Below are positions 38,301 to 48,281 of a DNA stretch of 64,000 nt, in pieces (position 1 is the first letter of the stretch; each line of letters begins with the position of its first letter). The DNA is from Nitrospirota bacterium (GTDB lineage Bacteria > Nitrospirota > UBA9217), in assembly GCA_963737155.1 (NCBI GenBank), contig CAVTRN010000002.1:832001-896000 (forward strand). Reading direction: 5' to 3'. The position numbers and the translations under genes were made by a program. The notes under the pieces are model-generated. The model searched no databases. It had not been told where the DNA came from and was given only the letters and a program-made list of their open reading frames with translations.

Positions 38301-39965
38301 TTGATGAAAAAAACGGTAAAAGGCATTGCACGGCCCGTAGCCGGGGAAACAGCCGGTGGGGGTCGTTCAGCTCTTGCAGCGGGCAGGGAACGGGGTTATC
38401 TTGCGCTCGTCCTGCACGGCCACTTGCCCTTTGTGCGGCACCCGGAACACGATCGGTTTCTGGAAGAGGACTGGCTGTATGAGGCCATCACGGAGACTTA
38501 CATCCCGCTTATCAATGTGTTCGAAGGACTGGTGCGGGATGGCGTGGATTTCCGCCTGACCATGAGCCTTACGCCCACACTTATCTCCCTGCTCATTGAC
38601 CCGCTGCTGCAGCAACGATACCTCAGACATATCGGCAAACTCATAAAGCTTGCGGATCAGGAACTCGAGCGCACGAAAAAGGAGCCGGAATTCCATTCTC
38701 TTGCTGCGATGTATCGCGAGCTTTTCACGAACGCGCGTGCGGTCTTCGAGGACCAGTACGGCTGCAATCTCGTGAAAGCATTCCGGAAATTCCAGGACCT
38801 GGGGAAGCTCGAAATCATCACCTCAGCCGCCACTCATGCTTTCCTGCCGCTTGTGGTAAACCCTAAGGCCGTGCGGGCGCAGGTCATGGTCGCCGTCGAC
38901 TTTCACCAGAAACACTTTGGACGTCTGCCGGAAGGCATCTGGCTGCCGGAATGCGGATATTACGAGGGGCTCGAGGTGATCCTGAAAGAGGCTGGCATCC
39001 GCTATTTTTTTACTGATGCCCATGGTTTGTTCCACGCTACGCCGCGCCCCAAATACGGCGTGTACGCGCCTATCATCTGCCCGTCGGGCGTGGCGGCGTT
39101 TGGCAGGGACATTGAATCGTCGCGACAGGTTTGGAGCTCCATCGATGGCTATCCCGGCGATTATCACTACCGGGATTTTTATCGTGACGTCGGTTTTGAC
39201 CTCGATTTCGACTATTTGAAACACTTTCTCCATTCCGACGGCCTGCGCACGAACCTCGGAATCAAGTACTTCCGAATCACCGGGCAGTCGGACCACAAGG
39301 AACCCTATTCCCGCCAGGCGGCGATCGACCGAGCGGCGATGCATGCGGGCAATTTTCTTTCCAACCGGGAGAAGCAGATCGAATGGCTCTCCGGACTTTT
39401 CCAGGGCCGGAAGCCGATAATCACGGCGCCGTATGACGCAGAGCTCTTCGGCCACTGGTGGTTCGAGGGGCCGGAGTGGATCAACTTCCTGATCCGAAAA
39501 ACCTTTTTCGACCAGGGCACCGTGCGCCTGATTACGCCGATGGAGTACCTTGCGGAAAATCCCGAATGCCAAGTCGCGGCGCCCGCGGGATCGAGCTGGG
39601 GACACATGGGTTACGCCGAGGTCTGGCTGGACGGTTCGAATGACTGGATCTATCCCCACCTGCATAAGGCCGCGGACCGCATGATCGAGCTGGCGCAGGC
39701 ATATCCGCGGGCCAAAGGCCTTATCCGGCGGGCGCTGAACCAGGCGGCGCGCGAACTACTTCTGGCGCAGAGCTCTGACTGGGCATTTATCATGAAGGCC
39801 GGTAGCCACGTGGATTACGCCGTCGGTCGAACGAAGGAGCATATTGCCAGATTCATCCGTCTCTACCAGGATATCAAGGGAAACTGTGTTGACGAAGCAT
39901 GGCTCGGCGATATAGAATACAAGGATAATGTATTCCCCGATATCAACTACACCGTCTATGCTTAA
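38301..39965 (+). CDS. GH57 glycogen branching enzyme (DUF1957)
   Basis: LHGHLPFV, EAITETYIP, GIWLPEC, PYDAELFGHWWFEG, RELLLAQSSDW. Confidence 0.93.
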   Translation: MMKKTVKGIARPVAGETAGGGRSALAAGRERGYLALVLHGHLPFVRHPEHDRFLEEDWLYEAITETYIPLINVFEGLVRDGVDFRLTMSLTPTLISLLIDPLLQQRYLRHIGKLIKLADQELERTKKEPEFHSLAAMYRELFTNARAVFEDQYGCNLVKAFRKFQDLGKLEIITSAATHAFLPLVVNPKAVRAQVMVAVDFHQKHFGRLPEGIWLPECGYYEGLEVILKEAGIRYFFTDAHGLFHATPRPKYGVYAPIICPSGVAAFGRDIESSRQVWSSIDGYPGDYHYRDFYRDVGFDLDFDYLKHFLHSDGLRTNLGIKYFRITGQSDHKEPYSRQAAIDRAAMHAGNFLSNREKQIEWLSGLFQGRKPIITAPYDAELFGHWWFEGPEWINFLIRKTFFDQGTVRLITPMEYLAENPECQVAAPAGSSWGHMGYAEVWLDGSNDWIYPHLHKAADRMIELAQAYPRAKGLIRRALNQAARELLLAQSSDWAFIMKAGSHVDYAVGRTKEHIARFIRLYQDIKGNCVDEAWLGDIEYKDNVFPDINYTVYA

Positions 39966-41334
39966 ACCGTCAGTCCTGAAGGAGCTTGCGAAGATTGTCG
40001 GTCCTGCGAACCTTCTGACCTCACCCGAAGAGCTTACCGTCTATTCCTACGATGCAACGGGCCGGGAATCGCTCCCTTGGGCAGTGGCGCGCCCTGTACA
40101 TGCCGATGAGGTTTCGCGTATACTCATCCTTGCCAACCACGAGCGCTTTCCCGTTGTGCCACGCGGTGCGGGCACCGGCATGTCGGGAGGTTCCGTGCCG
40201 GCGCAGGGCGGCGTGGTGCTCTCCTTCGAGCGGATGAACAGGATTATTGAGATCAATGAAGAGGATTTTCTTGCAGTCGTGGAGCCCGGCGTCGTGACGG
40301 CCGAGCTCCAGCAGGCAGTAGAAGCAAAGGGCCTCTTTTACCCTCCCGATCCCGCGAGCCACCAGTTCTGCACTATCGGAGGAAATGTGGCTGAATGCGC
40401 CGGCGGCCTCCGTGCAGTCAAGTATGGCGTGACCAAAGATTACGTGCTCGGGCTCGAAGTCGTGCTGCCGACGGGTGAGATCATCAACACTGGCGCGCGA
40501 ACCGTCAAGAGCGTGGCAGGGTACGACTTGACCAAGCTCATCGTAGGGTCGGAAGGGACTCTTGGCGTGGTCACGAAGATCACTGTCAGGCTTCTGCCTT
40601 TGCCCGAGAGTGTCAGGACGTTGGCGGCGTTCTTTAAGAGTGTGGATGAGGCGGCCCGTGCCGCCTCAAGAATCCTGGCAAACAGAATCATGCCACGAGC
40701 GCTCGAACTGGTTGACCAGGCGGCGCTCCGCGCGGTTGAGACCTATCTGAAGCACGATTTTTCCGAAGGAGCGAAGGCCATGCTGCTGGCGGAAGTCGAC
40801 GGGCCTCCCGAGTCCACTGCACGCGAGGGCAAACGCGTTGCAGATAGTATGATGCAAGCAGGCGCCATACGAGTCGATCTTGCCGATGCTCCGGCCGATC
40901 GGGAGCGTCTCTGGAAAGCACGACGCTCGATCTCTCCAGCGCTTTATACCATCAAGCCGAAAAAACTGAATGAGGACATCGTGGTGCCGAGGAGCAGGAT
41001 TGCCGATATCTTGCGGGATATAGATGAGATCGCGAAGAAGCACAATCTCCTGATCGTGAACTTCGGCCATGCCGGCGACGGGAATATCCATACCAATATC
41101 ATGATTGATGACGCTGACCTGCCGCGGGCTGAGGCTGCGGTGAAGGAGATTTTTGAGGCTACACTCCGCCTGGGAGGGAGCATCAGCGGAGAACACGGGA
41201 TCGGCCTGACAAAGGCTGTCTATCTTCCCCTGGAAGCCGGACCGGGTGCGCTTGCCGCGATGCAGCGGATCAAACAGGCCTTTGACCCGAATAATATTCT
41301 GAACCCGGGAAAGATATTCCCGGAGCCTCGCTGA
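39958..41334 (+). CDS. glcD: FAD-linked oxidase, GlcD / D-lactate dehydrogenase family
   Basis: PRGAGT, YPPDPAS, TIGGNVAE, GSEGTLG, NEDIVVP, GHAGDGNIH, SGEHGIG, FDPNNILNPGK. Confidence 0.85.
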   Translation: MLKPSVLKELAKIVGPANLLTSPEELTVYSYDATGRESLPWAVARPVHADEVSRILILANHERFPVVPRGAGTGMSGGSVPAQGGVVLSFERMNRIIEINEEDFLAVVEPGVVTAELQQAVEAKGLFYPPDPASHQFCTIGGNVAECAGGLRAVKYGVTKDYVLGLEVVLPTGEIINTGARTVKSVAGYDLTKLIVGSEGTLGVVTKITVRLLPLPESVRTLAAFFKSVDEAARAASRILANRIMPRALELVDQAALRAVETYLKHDFSEGAKAMLLAEVDGPPESTAREGKRVADSMMQAGAIRVDLADAPADRERLWKARRSISPALYTIKPKKLNEDIVVPRSRIADILRDIDEIAKKHNLLIVNFGHAGDGNIHTNIMIDDADLPRAEAAVKEIFEATLRLGGSISGEHGIGLTKAVYLPLEAGPGALAAMQRIKQAFDPNNILNPGKIFPEPR

Positions 41335-41412
41335 CGTCTGAAGATAACGTTCTTGGCAGATTGGGAAAGCGCGCTGACTTTGAGACCGCTGTACTACTGA
41401 ATAGGCCGGTAA

Positions 41413-42729
41413 ATGACGAAAAACGAGATAAGAAAGAAAACCAAACCGAAATCCGTTGAAGACCGGCCTGTCCTGCTCATCGCTGATCAGGAAGGGGAGA
41501 TATACGACGAGCCCCGCTATATCGCGGGCGGGATGTCGGGTGGTGATTTCCTTCCGCTGTCGGCTGATGATCTGATACCGCTGCCCGAGGGGAGCAGGTT
41601 TTTCTTCATTCCCAAAGGACGGCCCATCGGGTTCAATAAAAAGGGCGGGGCAGTCGTCGTGGACGGTGCCTATGCGGTGTCGGCCTTCCTGCCGCCCGGA
41701 TATACGAGAACGTATCTGCCTGCTTACGAAGAGTTTCAACCGGACCCACTGCTCCCACTCTGGTCTTATACCGCTGTCGCATGGTACAAAGGTGCTTTTT
41801 ACGCGGCAGCGGTACAGGTCGCCTGGATGAAGAAGGCTGACCCGCGGCTGCACGATGACAACATGATTGGGCCGCTTGTGAAGAAGAAGCTTGCTGCCTG
41901 TCCGAAGAACAGACTCCTGAAGCACCTCGAAAAGTGCGCCATGTTCTACCACTGCTTCGCCGCAAAGAACATCTTTGTGGGCCGCTGGGAGGCGCCGCTT
42001 CCCTCGTCTCCCTCCTGCAATGCACGCTGCATCGGCTGCCTGTCGCTCCAGGAGGGCGAGTGCCCGTCGTCCCAGGACCGCATCCAATTCGTTCCCACGC
42101 CTGAAGAGATTGCCGAGGCCGCGGTCCCCCATCTCGAGAACGCGGAGGACGCTATCGTGAGCTTTGGCCAGGGTTGTGAAGGCGAACCGCTCATGCAGTC
42201 GAAGACGCTTGTGAAAGCGGTGAAACTCATGCGTGATGCCACTTCGCGGGGTATTGTGAATCTGAATACCAATGGATTTTCTCCGGACAGGATCAAAGCC
42301 GTGCGCAACGCAGGCCTTGACAGCATCAGGATCAGCATGAATTCTGCTGACCGGGAACGCTATCATGAATACTACCGGCCCAAGGGGTATGCGTTCGAAG
42401 ACGTGATGGATTCAGTCAAAGTGGCGAAGAAGATCGGTCTTTTCACGAGCATCAATTATCTTGTGTTCCCGGGATACACGGACCGCGAGGAGGAAGTGGA
42501 AAAACTGAAAACGCTTATCGCCGATACCGGAATCGACCAGGTGCAGATGAGGAATCTGTCGCTCGACCCTGCGCTCTACATGCAAGCAGTGAAGAGGCCC
42601 CGTGGAAAAGCGATGGGAGTAAAAAACCTTGTCCTGGCACTGAAAGAAGAGTTCCCGGGTCTAACGATCGGCTATTTTAATCTGCCAGAAGCGGACATCA
42701 AAAAGGGGAAGACAAAGTCGGCAATATAA
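41413..42729 (+). CDS. Radical SAM protein of unknown function with N-terminal extension
   Basis: CNARCIGC, SFGQGCEGEPL, NLNTNG, DSIRISMNS. Confidence 0.85.
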   Translation: MTKNEIRKKTKPKSVEDRPVLLIADQEGEIYDEPRYIAGGMSGGDFLPLSADDLIPLPEGSRFFFIPKGRPIGFNKKGGAVVVDGAYAVSAFLPPGYTRTYLPAYEEFQPDPLLPLWSYTAVAWYKGAFYAAAVQVAWMKKADPRLHDDNMIGPLVKKKLAACPKNRLLKHLEKCAMFYHCFAAKNIFVGRWEAPLPSSPSCNARCIGCLSLQEGECPSSQDRIQFVPTPEEIAEAAVPHLENAEDAIVSFGQGCEGEPLMQSKTLVKAVKLMRDATSRGIVNLNTNGFSPDRIKAVRNAGLDSIRISMNSADRERYHEYYRPKGYAFEDVMDSVKVAKKIGLFTSINYLVFPGYTDREEEVEKLKTLIADTGIDQVQMRNLSLDPALYMQAVKRPRGKAMGVKNLVLALKEEFPGLTIGYFNLPEADIKKGKTKSAI

Positions 42730-42897
42730 TCCGGCTCTTCGGCTTGCGTGGTTGGTCAAGTCCATATTAATGTCGAACAGGATGCGGTATTTCTCCTCGC
42801 GCTATTTCCAGTAACCTGCCATAAGCACTTTCGCATCATCCTTCGGATAATATTCCCCAAAATACCGCGCGCTTGCTGAGTGGAGGTTGATTTTTTC

Positions 42898-44445
42898 TTA
42901 ATGCACATCCACGGGCGGTGCACCTGCAGCCGGAGCTGCCCGCTGCATTATGAAGACCAGCGGAAGCACACAGAGGATGAGTACGCAGATGGTGAGAAAT
43001 GCATCGTTGAAGGCAAGGCTCCTGGACTGCTGCATCAGCTCCCGGTATATCAGGCCGTCTGCCCCGGCCGGGGGAATGCCTTTCGAACCCAGGAATGATG
43101 CGAAGTTGCTGTGGAACATGGTGTAGACCCGGTCATAAGGCGATAAATGCTCGGCAAGCCTGACTTGATGGAATTGCGAACGGCGGGAAACCATGGTTGT
43201 CGTGAATGCAATGCCTACGCTTCCCCCCATGTTCCGGAGAAGGTTGTAGATAGAACTAGCCTCGGTCATGTGCTCTCGCGGGATGTGGGAGAGGGTCATC
43301 GTGGTTAGCGGGATGAACGTCAAGCCCATGCCCAGACCGAGGACGACGCGCGGCCAGACAAACGTCAAGAAATCAGCCGTCATGTTGAATCGAGACATCA
43401 TGAACGTGCTGAAGGCGCAAATCAAGATGCCTACGACCAGGATCCACTTGGGATTGATCTTGCTGACGAGCATACCCGCGAACGGCATCGCGAGCATAGT
43501 GGCGATGCCGCCGGGGCCGAGCACTAGCCCTGCGTCAAAGGATGTATATCCCAGGAGCGACTCGAGAAAGATCGGCAGCAGTACGATGCTGCCGAAGAGG
43601 TTCAGAAAGACAAAGAACATGACTGTGGCGCCGCTCGTAAAGGTCCGGTCCTTGAACAATTTCAGGTTTACGATGGGATTGTCGGAATAATATTCATTGA
43701 TCACCAGCAGCGTGAGGCAGACGACTGCGATAATGGCTAAGGCGATGATCGTGGATGAGCCGAACCAGTCATCGCTCTCTCCCTTATCGAGCACAAACTG
43801 AAGGGCGCCGAGCCCCGCGGAAAGAAATAGCAATCCCCAGTAGTCTATCTTCATTTTCTGCCGCTGCATGTATGGGGGATCCTTGATCACGATAATATTC
43901 ATGATGATCGACAGGATGCCGATGGGGATGTTGATATAGAAGATCCACCGCCAGGACATGGAGTCGGTGATCCATCCGCCGAGCACGGGACCAACAATCG
44001 GGCCGAGCATCACGCCAACGCCGAAAATAGCCATAGCTTGGCCGTGCTTCTCCCGGGGAAAGGACTCGAGGAGGATGGATTGGCTGATCGGCACGAGCCC
44101 CCCGCCGCCGATGCCCTGCATGATCCTGAAGAACACAAGACTATGCAGGCTCCATGCGGAGCCGCACATGAAGGAGCTAAAGGTGAAAAGTGCGATGGAC
44201 GCGATCTGATAGTTTTTCCTGCCGATGAGCCGGGCAAGCCATCCGGCCATGGGGATGACGATGGCATTCGACACGAGATAGGCAGTAATGGCCCATGTTG
44301 CCTCGTCGATCCCTGCGGAAAGCGAGCCCCTGATGTGGTCGAGCGACACATTCACAACCGAGGTGTCGATGACTTCGATCAGTGTGGGGAGCATCACCGT
44401 GAAGGCGATGAGCGCCCGGCTTGTGGTTTTATGCTGCAGGGTCAT
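42898..44445 (-). CDS. emrB: DHA2 (EmrB/QacA) MFS efflux permease
   Basis: IDTSVVNV, WAITAYL, FRIMQGIGGG, GPVLGGWITD, WRWIFYINIP. Confidence 0.92.
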   Translation of the reverse strand: MTLQHKTTSRALIAFTVMLPTLIEVIDTSVVNVSLDHIRGSLSAGIDEATWAITAYLVSNAIVIPMAGWLARLIGRKNYQIASIALFTFSSFMCGSAWSLHSLVFFRIMQGIGGGGLVPISQSILLESFPREKHGQAMAIFGVGVMLGPIVGPVLGGWITDSMSWRWIFYINIPIGILSIIMNIIVIKDPPYMQRQKMKIDYWGLLFLSAGLGALQFVLDKGESDDWFGSSTIIALAIIAVVCLTLLVINEYYSDNPIVNLKLFKDRTFTSGATVMFFVFLNLFGSIVLLPIFLESLLGYTSFDAGLVLGPGGIATMLAMPFAGMLVSKINPKWILVVGILICAFSTFMMSRFNMTADFLTFVWPRVVLGLGMGLTFIPLTTMTLSHIPREHMTEASSIYNLLRNMGGSVGIAFTTTMVSRRSQFHQVRLAEHLSPYDRVYTMFHSNFASFLGSKGIPPAGADGLIYRELMQQSRSLAFNDAFLTICVLILCVLPLVFIMQRAAPAAGAPPVDVH

Positions 44446-45449
44446 CGGGCGATTACGGTCGGCTCGACGGACATGCCTACCCTGAGGACATGGTCCTTGT
44501 CCGTGCCTTCGTCAAGCAAAATTTTGATCGGAATCCTCTGGACCACCTTTACGTAGTTGCCTGTGGCGTTCTCCGACGGAAAGAGGGAGAAGGAGACGCC
44601 CGTACCGGCCATAATGCTGTCCACCTTGCCTTGGAAGGTCTTGCCGGGATAGGAGTCAACGGTGAAGGAAACTTCCTGGCCGGGCCGGATATTGCCAATC
44701 TCCGTTTCCTTGTAATTCGCGACAATCCAAATGTCATTGAGTGGAACGAGAGCCATGAGCGGCTGGCCCGTCTGAATCCGGTTCCCTGTCTGAACCGATT
44801 TTTTCGTGACATATCCGTCAACAGGAGCGTAAACTTTTGTGTAGTCAAAATGCAGGTTCGCGAGGGACTCCTGCGCTTTCTTCTGCCTGATGAGTGAGGC
44901 CTGTCTGACTTTCCCCGATTCCGCCTCGTGAAGATGTTCTTGCGCGGCCTTGGCCTGGGCCAGCGCCACCTCGTAACCAGTCATCGTCCTGTCATACTGG
45001 TCCTTGGGAATGACCTGTTCCGCAAAGAGTTTTTCAGCCCGGGTCTTTTCCGTCCCCGCGAGCTTCAGTTTGGCCTGTGCAAGCTCGTAATCCGCCCTGG
45101 CTGACGCGATCCTCGTCTCCGCTTCCGAAAGTTTCGCCTTCTCAACGCCGAGGGCTGCCGTGGATTCCCGCAGCCTGGCTTCGTAGTCGGCTGGGTCTAT
45201 TTCAACGAGAAGGTCGCCCTTTTTCACCGCCTGGTTGTCGTTGACCATGACCGCCTTGACCGTCCCGTCGATTCGAGCCGCTACGGTGTGGATGTTCCCG
45301 TCAATGAAAGCATCGTCAGTGGAAATATGCGTTTTCCGGTAGCCGTTGTAGAACCAGCCGGCAATGAGCCCGATGGCTACGATCGTGCCGACAATGATGA
45401 ACGCTTTTTTCTTCTTCTGACCGTTTCCGGCCTTTGCCTGTTCCGCCAT
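44442..45449 (-). CDS. emrA: EmrA/HlyD membrane fusion protein
   Basis: STDDAF, DNQAVKKGD, APVDG, ANYKET, ENATGNYVKVVQRIP. Confidence 0.93.
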   Translation of the reverse strand: MAEQAKAGNGQKKKKAFIIVGTIVAIGLIAGWFYNGYRKTHISTDDAFIDGNIHTVAARIDGTVKAVMVNDNQAVKKGDLLVEIDPADYEARLRESTAALGVEKAKLSEAETRIASARADYELAQAKLKLAGTEKTRAEKLFAEQVIPKDQYDRTMTGYEVALAQAKAAQEHLHEAESGKVRQASLIRQKKAQESLANLHFDYTKVYAPVDGYVTKKSVQTGNRIQTGQPLMALVPLNDIWIVANYKETEIGNIRPGQEVSFTVDSYPGKTFQGKVDSIMAGTGVSFSLFPSENATGNYVKVVQRIPIKILLDEGTDKDHVLRVGMSVEPTVIAR

Positions 45450-45487
45450 GCTTTCTCCTCGTATATGAACCGGTTGACCTGTTGAAA

Positions 45488-45517
45488 CCGTTAAAAGCGT
45501 TGAAAACGCTTGAACGG
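45488..45517. repeat. Intergenic stem-loop between tolC and emrA
   Basis: CCGTTAAAAGCGTT-GAA-AACGCTTGAACGG imperfect palindrome. Confidence 0.45.
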
Positions 45518-45523
45518 CTTTAA

Positions 45524-46813
45524 TTAATCGTTATACACGCCCGCGAGGTCGCGGCCCATCGTGTACAGCAGTTTCGCCTCGGCCCGCTTCATGTCGTAGA
45601 GCGCTTTCCAGGAATTTGATTCAGCCGTGGTCAGGAGCGTTACAGCATCAAGCACGTCGGTTGCTGTCCCCTCGCCCTCCTGATAACGGAGCCTCTGGAG
45701 CCGCAGGTTTTCCCGGGCCTGCTCGGTCGCTGTCTTCGTGACTTCGATTTTCAGCGCTGAGCTCTTAAGGTCGAGGTAAGAACTTTTTACCCCGAGCCGG
45801 ATATTGTCGAGCGTTTTGTCCCGAATCAACTGAAGCGAGCGCACTTCGCTTCTTGCCATCTGGACGCGGGAACTGGTCGCCCCGCCGGAATAAAGATTGA
45901 CGTTCACTCCGGCAATGAGGGTCCAGTTGCCCTCGTGAAGCACATACTTGTTCTGTTGATACTCATATCCTCCCGACAGATAGACAGTCGGCAGGTATTC
46001 CGCCTCGTTGACTTTCACCTTGTCTTCCGATGCCGCGATCTTCGCATTCAGGTCCTTCAGGTCGGGGCTCTCATTTGCGGCAGTGGCCCAGGCGTCGTCA
46101 AGCGAAATGCCCGACGCGGGGCTGGCCTCGACTTCTTCGGCCTGTACGTCGTCATTCAACGGCTTCAGGAGCAGGCTGTTGATTCTCGATGCCCTGACGG
46201 AGCGGAGATTCTCGGCGGACACCTCCCGCTGGCTCGAATCGGCGAGTGCGACGTCGGCCTGGAGCACGTCGTTCCTCGTGATGACGCCGGCGTTGAAACG
46301 GGCCTCCGCATCCTTCTTGTGCGCTTCATCGAGCTGGACTTCCTCCTTCGCGACCTGGAGCAATTTATTGGACTCGAGCAGGTCGAGGTAGGCGATGATG
46401 AAATCGAGGGCGGACTGGTTTCTTGTGCCTTGCGTTTCGATCTCCCGTGACTTGAGGCCGTACTGCGCTGCGTCTATGGACGAGGAGGTCTTTCCAAAAT
46501 CGTAGAGCATCTGGGTTGCTTGGACACCATAGGTCAAAAAATGGTCCTGGGTTGAGGGAAAGGGACCAAAAGGCGTCTTGAACTCGGGCTGGTATTGCAT
46601 CCACGTCTGGTTGCCAAAGAGGTCGACGGTGGGAAGCCAGGGCGCCCGCGCGAGGGAGATTGCCGAACGGGCGGTGTCCTCATCGGACCGGGCAATGATT
46701 ACGTCGCGGCCTGTGTTCACGACCGTCTTTAATCCCTCGCAGAGCGTCAGGGCGTTTGAGGCGAGCGGCAGGAAAAGCAATGCGATAAAATAAAAAAATG
46801 AAAGACGCTTCAT
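45524..46813 (-). CDS. TolC-family outer membrane efflux protein
   Basis: Signal peptide; WLPTV, LYDFG, RFNAGV..DVLQA, YLPTV, RYQEG..DVLDA. Confidence 0.9.
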   Translation of the reverse strand: MKRLSFFYFIALLFLPLASNALTLCEGLKTVVNTGRDVIIARSDEDTARSAISLARAPWLPTVDLFGNQTWMQYQPEFKTPFGPFPSTQDHFLTYGVQATQMLYDFGKTSSSIDAAQYGLKSREIETQGTRNQSALDFIIAYLDLLESNKLLQVAKEEVQLDEAHKKDAEARFNAGVITRNDVLQADVALADSSQREVSAENLRSVRASRINSLLLKPLNDDVQAEEVEASPASGISLDDAWATAANESPDLKDLNAKIAASEDKVKVNEAEYLPTVYLSGGYEYQQNKYVLHEGNWTLIAGVNVNLYSGGATSSRVQMARSEVRSLQLIRDKTLDNIRLGVKSSYLDLKSSALKIEVTKTATEQARENLRLQRLRYQEGEGTATDVLDAVTLLTTAESNSWKALYDMKRAEAKLLYTMGRDLAGVYND

Positions 46814-46975
46814 AATTACCTCGGAGATCAGATTAAAAATGTAAGTAAGCGCTATACTACACGAAAAATATCAGAATGGGAAGTTTTTTTGTATCGCGAT
46901 TAGCGTCTGTCCCAGCCCTACTTGAATTTTGCGCTGGAAAGTTGTACCAATAGGAGCGCAGCAAAAGGAGCACTC

Positions 46976-47929
46976 ATGTCCAACGTGATATCGGCAAGCA
47001 GAAGGACCGACATCCCGGCATTCTATTCCGCCTGGTTCGTTCAGCGGCTCAAAGAAGGTTCTGTTGCGGTTCAGCAGCCTTATTCCGGTAAAATTTACCG
47101 GGTATCTCTGAAGCGTGAAGACGTGAGCGCTATTGTGTTCTGGTCGAAAGACTTCGCGCCCCTGATCGCGAAGCTCGAGGAGATTGAACAAACGACGCAA
47201 AATCTTTTCTTTCATTTTACCATTACGGCGGCACAAGAGTTGGAGCCCGGAGTGCCTGACTATCGGGAAGCGGCCCGTGATTACCTCTATCTTGTCAAAC
47301 GCTATTCGCCGCGTCAGATCGTCTGGAGGTTCGACCCTCTCTGCATCACAGACAAGCTGCCTTTTGAAGTCTACCGGGAGCGTTTCGCGCGTTGCGCTGA
47401 ATTGCTGAAAGGTCATGTTCCCACCTGCATCATCAGTTTTGCCCAACCCTATAAGAAAGTCGTCACGAACTTCAAAAAATATTCGGACCACCAGTTGGTT
47501 GAATTATCGATGGCGGAGAAGCGCGATCATGCCAGGAGCCTGGCGGAAATAGCTGGACGTCACGGAATAAGGCTCGCTGCCTGTTGCAACGATTATCTCC
47601 TTGGCGACAAGGTTGGAAAAGCCGCCTGCATCGACGGAGCGCTTCTGTCCAACCTTTTCAACATACCCATCGATACGAGGCTTGCCTCGACCCGCCAAGA
47701 ATGCGCCTGCACCAAAAGTATCGATATAGGCGCATACGATACCTGTCTGCACGGCTGCCTGTATTGCTATGCGAATACGAACAAAGTGAGAGCGGAACAG
47801 GCGCTTGGGCGCCACAATCCCGCATGGAATTCGCTGCGTAAGAATGTGCCGGAGGATGGCGACGAAAAAACGCAGCAGGAGTTATTCCGTGCAGCGAAAA
47901 ACAGGGTCGGTGATAACGATCAAAAATAG
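46976..47929 (+). CDS. DUF1848 protein
   Basis: ISASRRTDIPAFY, IVFWSK, WRFDP, C-terminal RQECAC..SIDIGAYDTCLHGCLYCYA; AAGGAG RBS. Confidence 0.9.
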   Translation: MSNVISASRRTDIPAFYSAWFVQRLKEGSVAVQQPYSGKIYRVSLKREDVSAIVFWSKDFAPLIAKLEEIEQTTQNLFFHFTITAAQELEPGVPDYREAARDYLYLVKRYSPRQIVWRFDPLCITDKLPFEVYRERFARCAELLKGHVPTCIISFAQPYKKVVTNFKKYSDHQLVELSMAEKRDHARSLAEIAGRHGIRLAACCNDYLLGDKVGKAACIDGALLSNLFNIPIDTRLASTRQECACTKSIDIGAYDTCLHGCLYCYANTNKVRAEQALGRHNPAWNSLRKNVPEDGDEKTQQELFRAAKNRVGDNDQK

Positions 47930-48281
47930 CAGCAGGATATGATAACAGGGATTGCCGGCCTCTCACTGTGAAACGTTTTGCAGGGAAGGCCATATCCATA
48001 TCATATTGTGCTGAAGTGACCGCAACAGCGCAGCCATAGGCCGCAAACAAAGTTGTTGCCCTCACACACCGTTCGGATTTATATTGCGGAGACAGGATTT
48101 TCAGCCCTGTTAGGAGCGCCTTGAAGTCTATCCAGCTTAGTGCGGTTAGATCTGAATCCCGAACAGGTCATGAGAGCAACATAAGAGATTAAAAGTGCCA
48201 TGGGCACAAACCCACGGGTGTCTGCTAATTCTATTTATCGGGAAAAAGTCCGCCTGCATGCAACAAATACAGAGATAATCG

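Noticed and set aside
40666-42366. 566-aa minus-strand ORF
   Set aside because: Antisense to well-supported glcD and radical SAM genes in GC-rich DNA; no domain signature.
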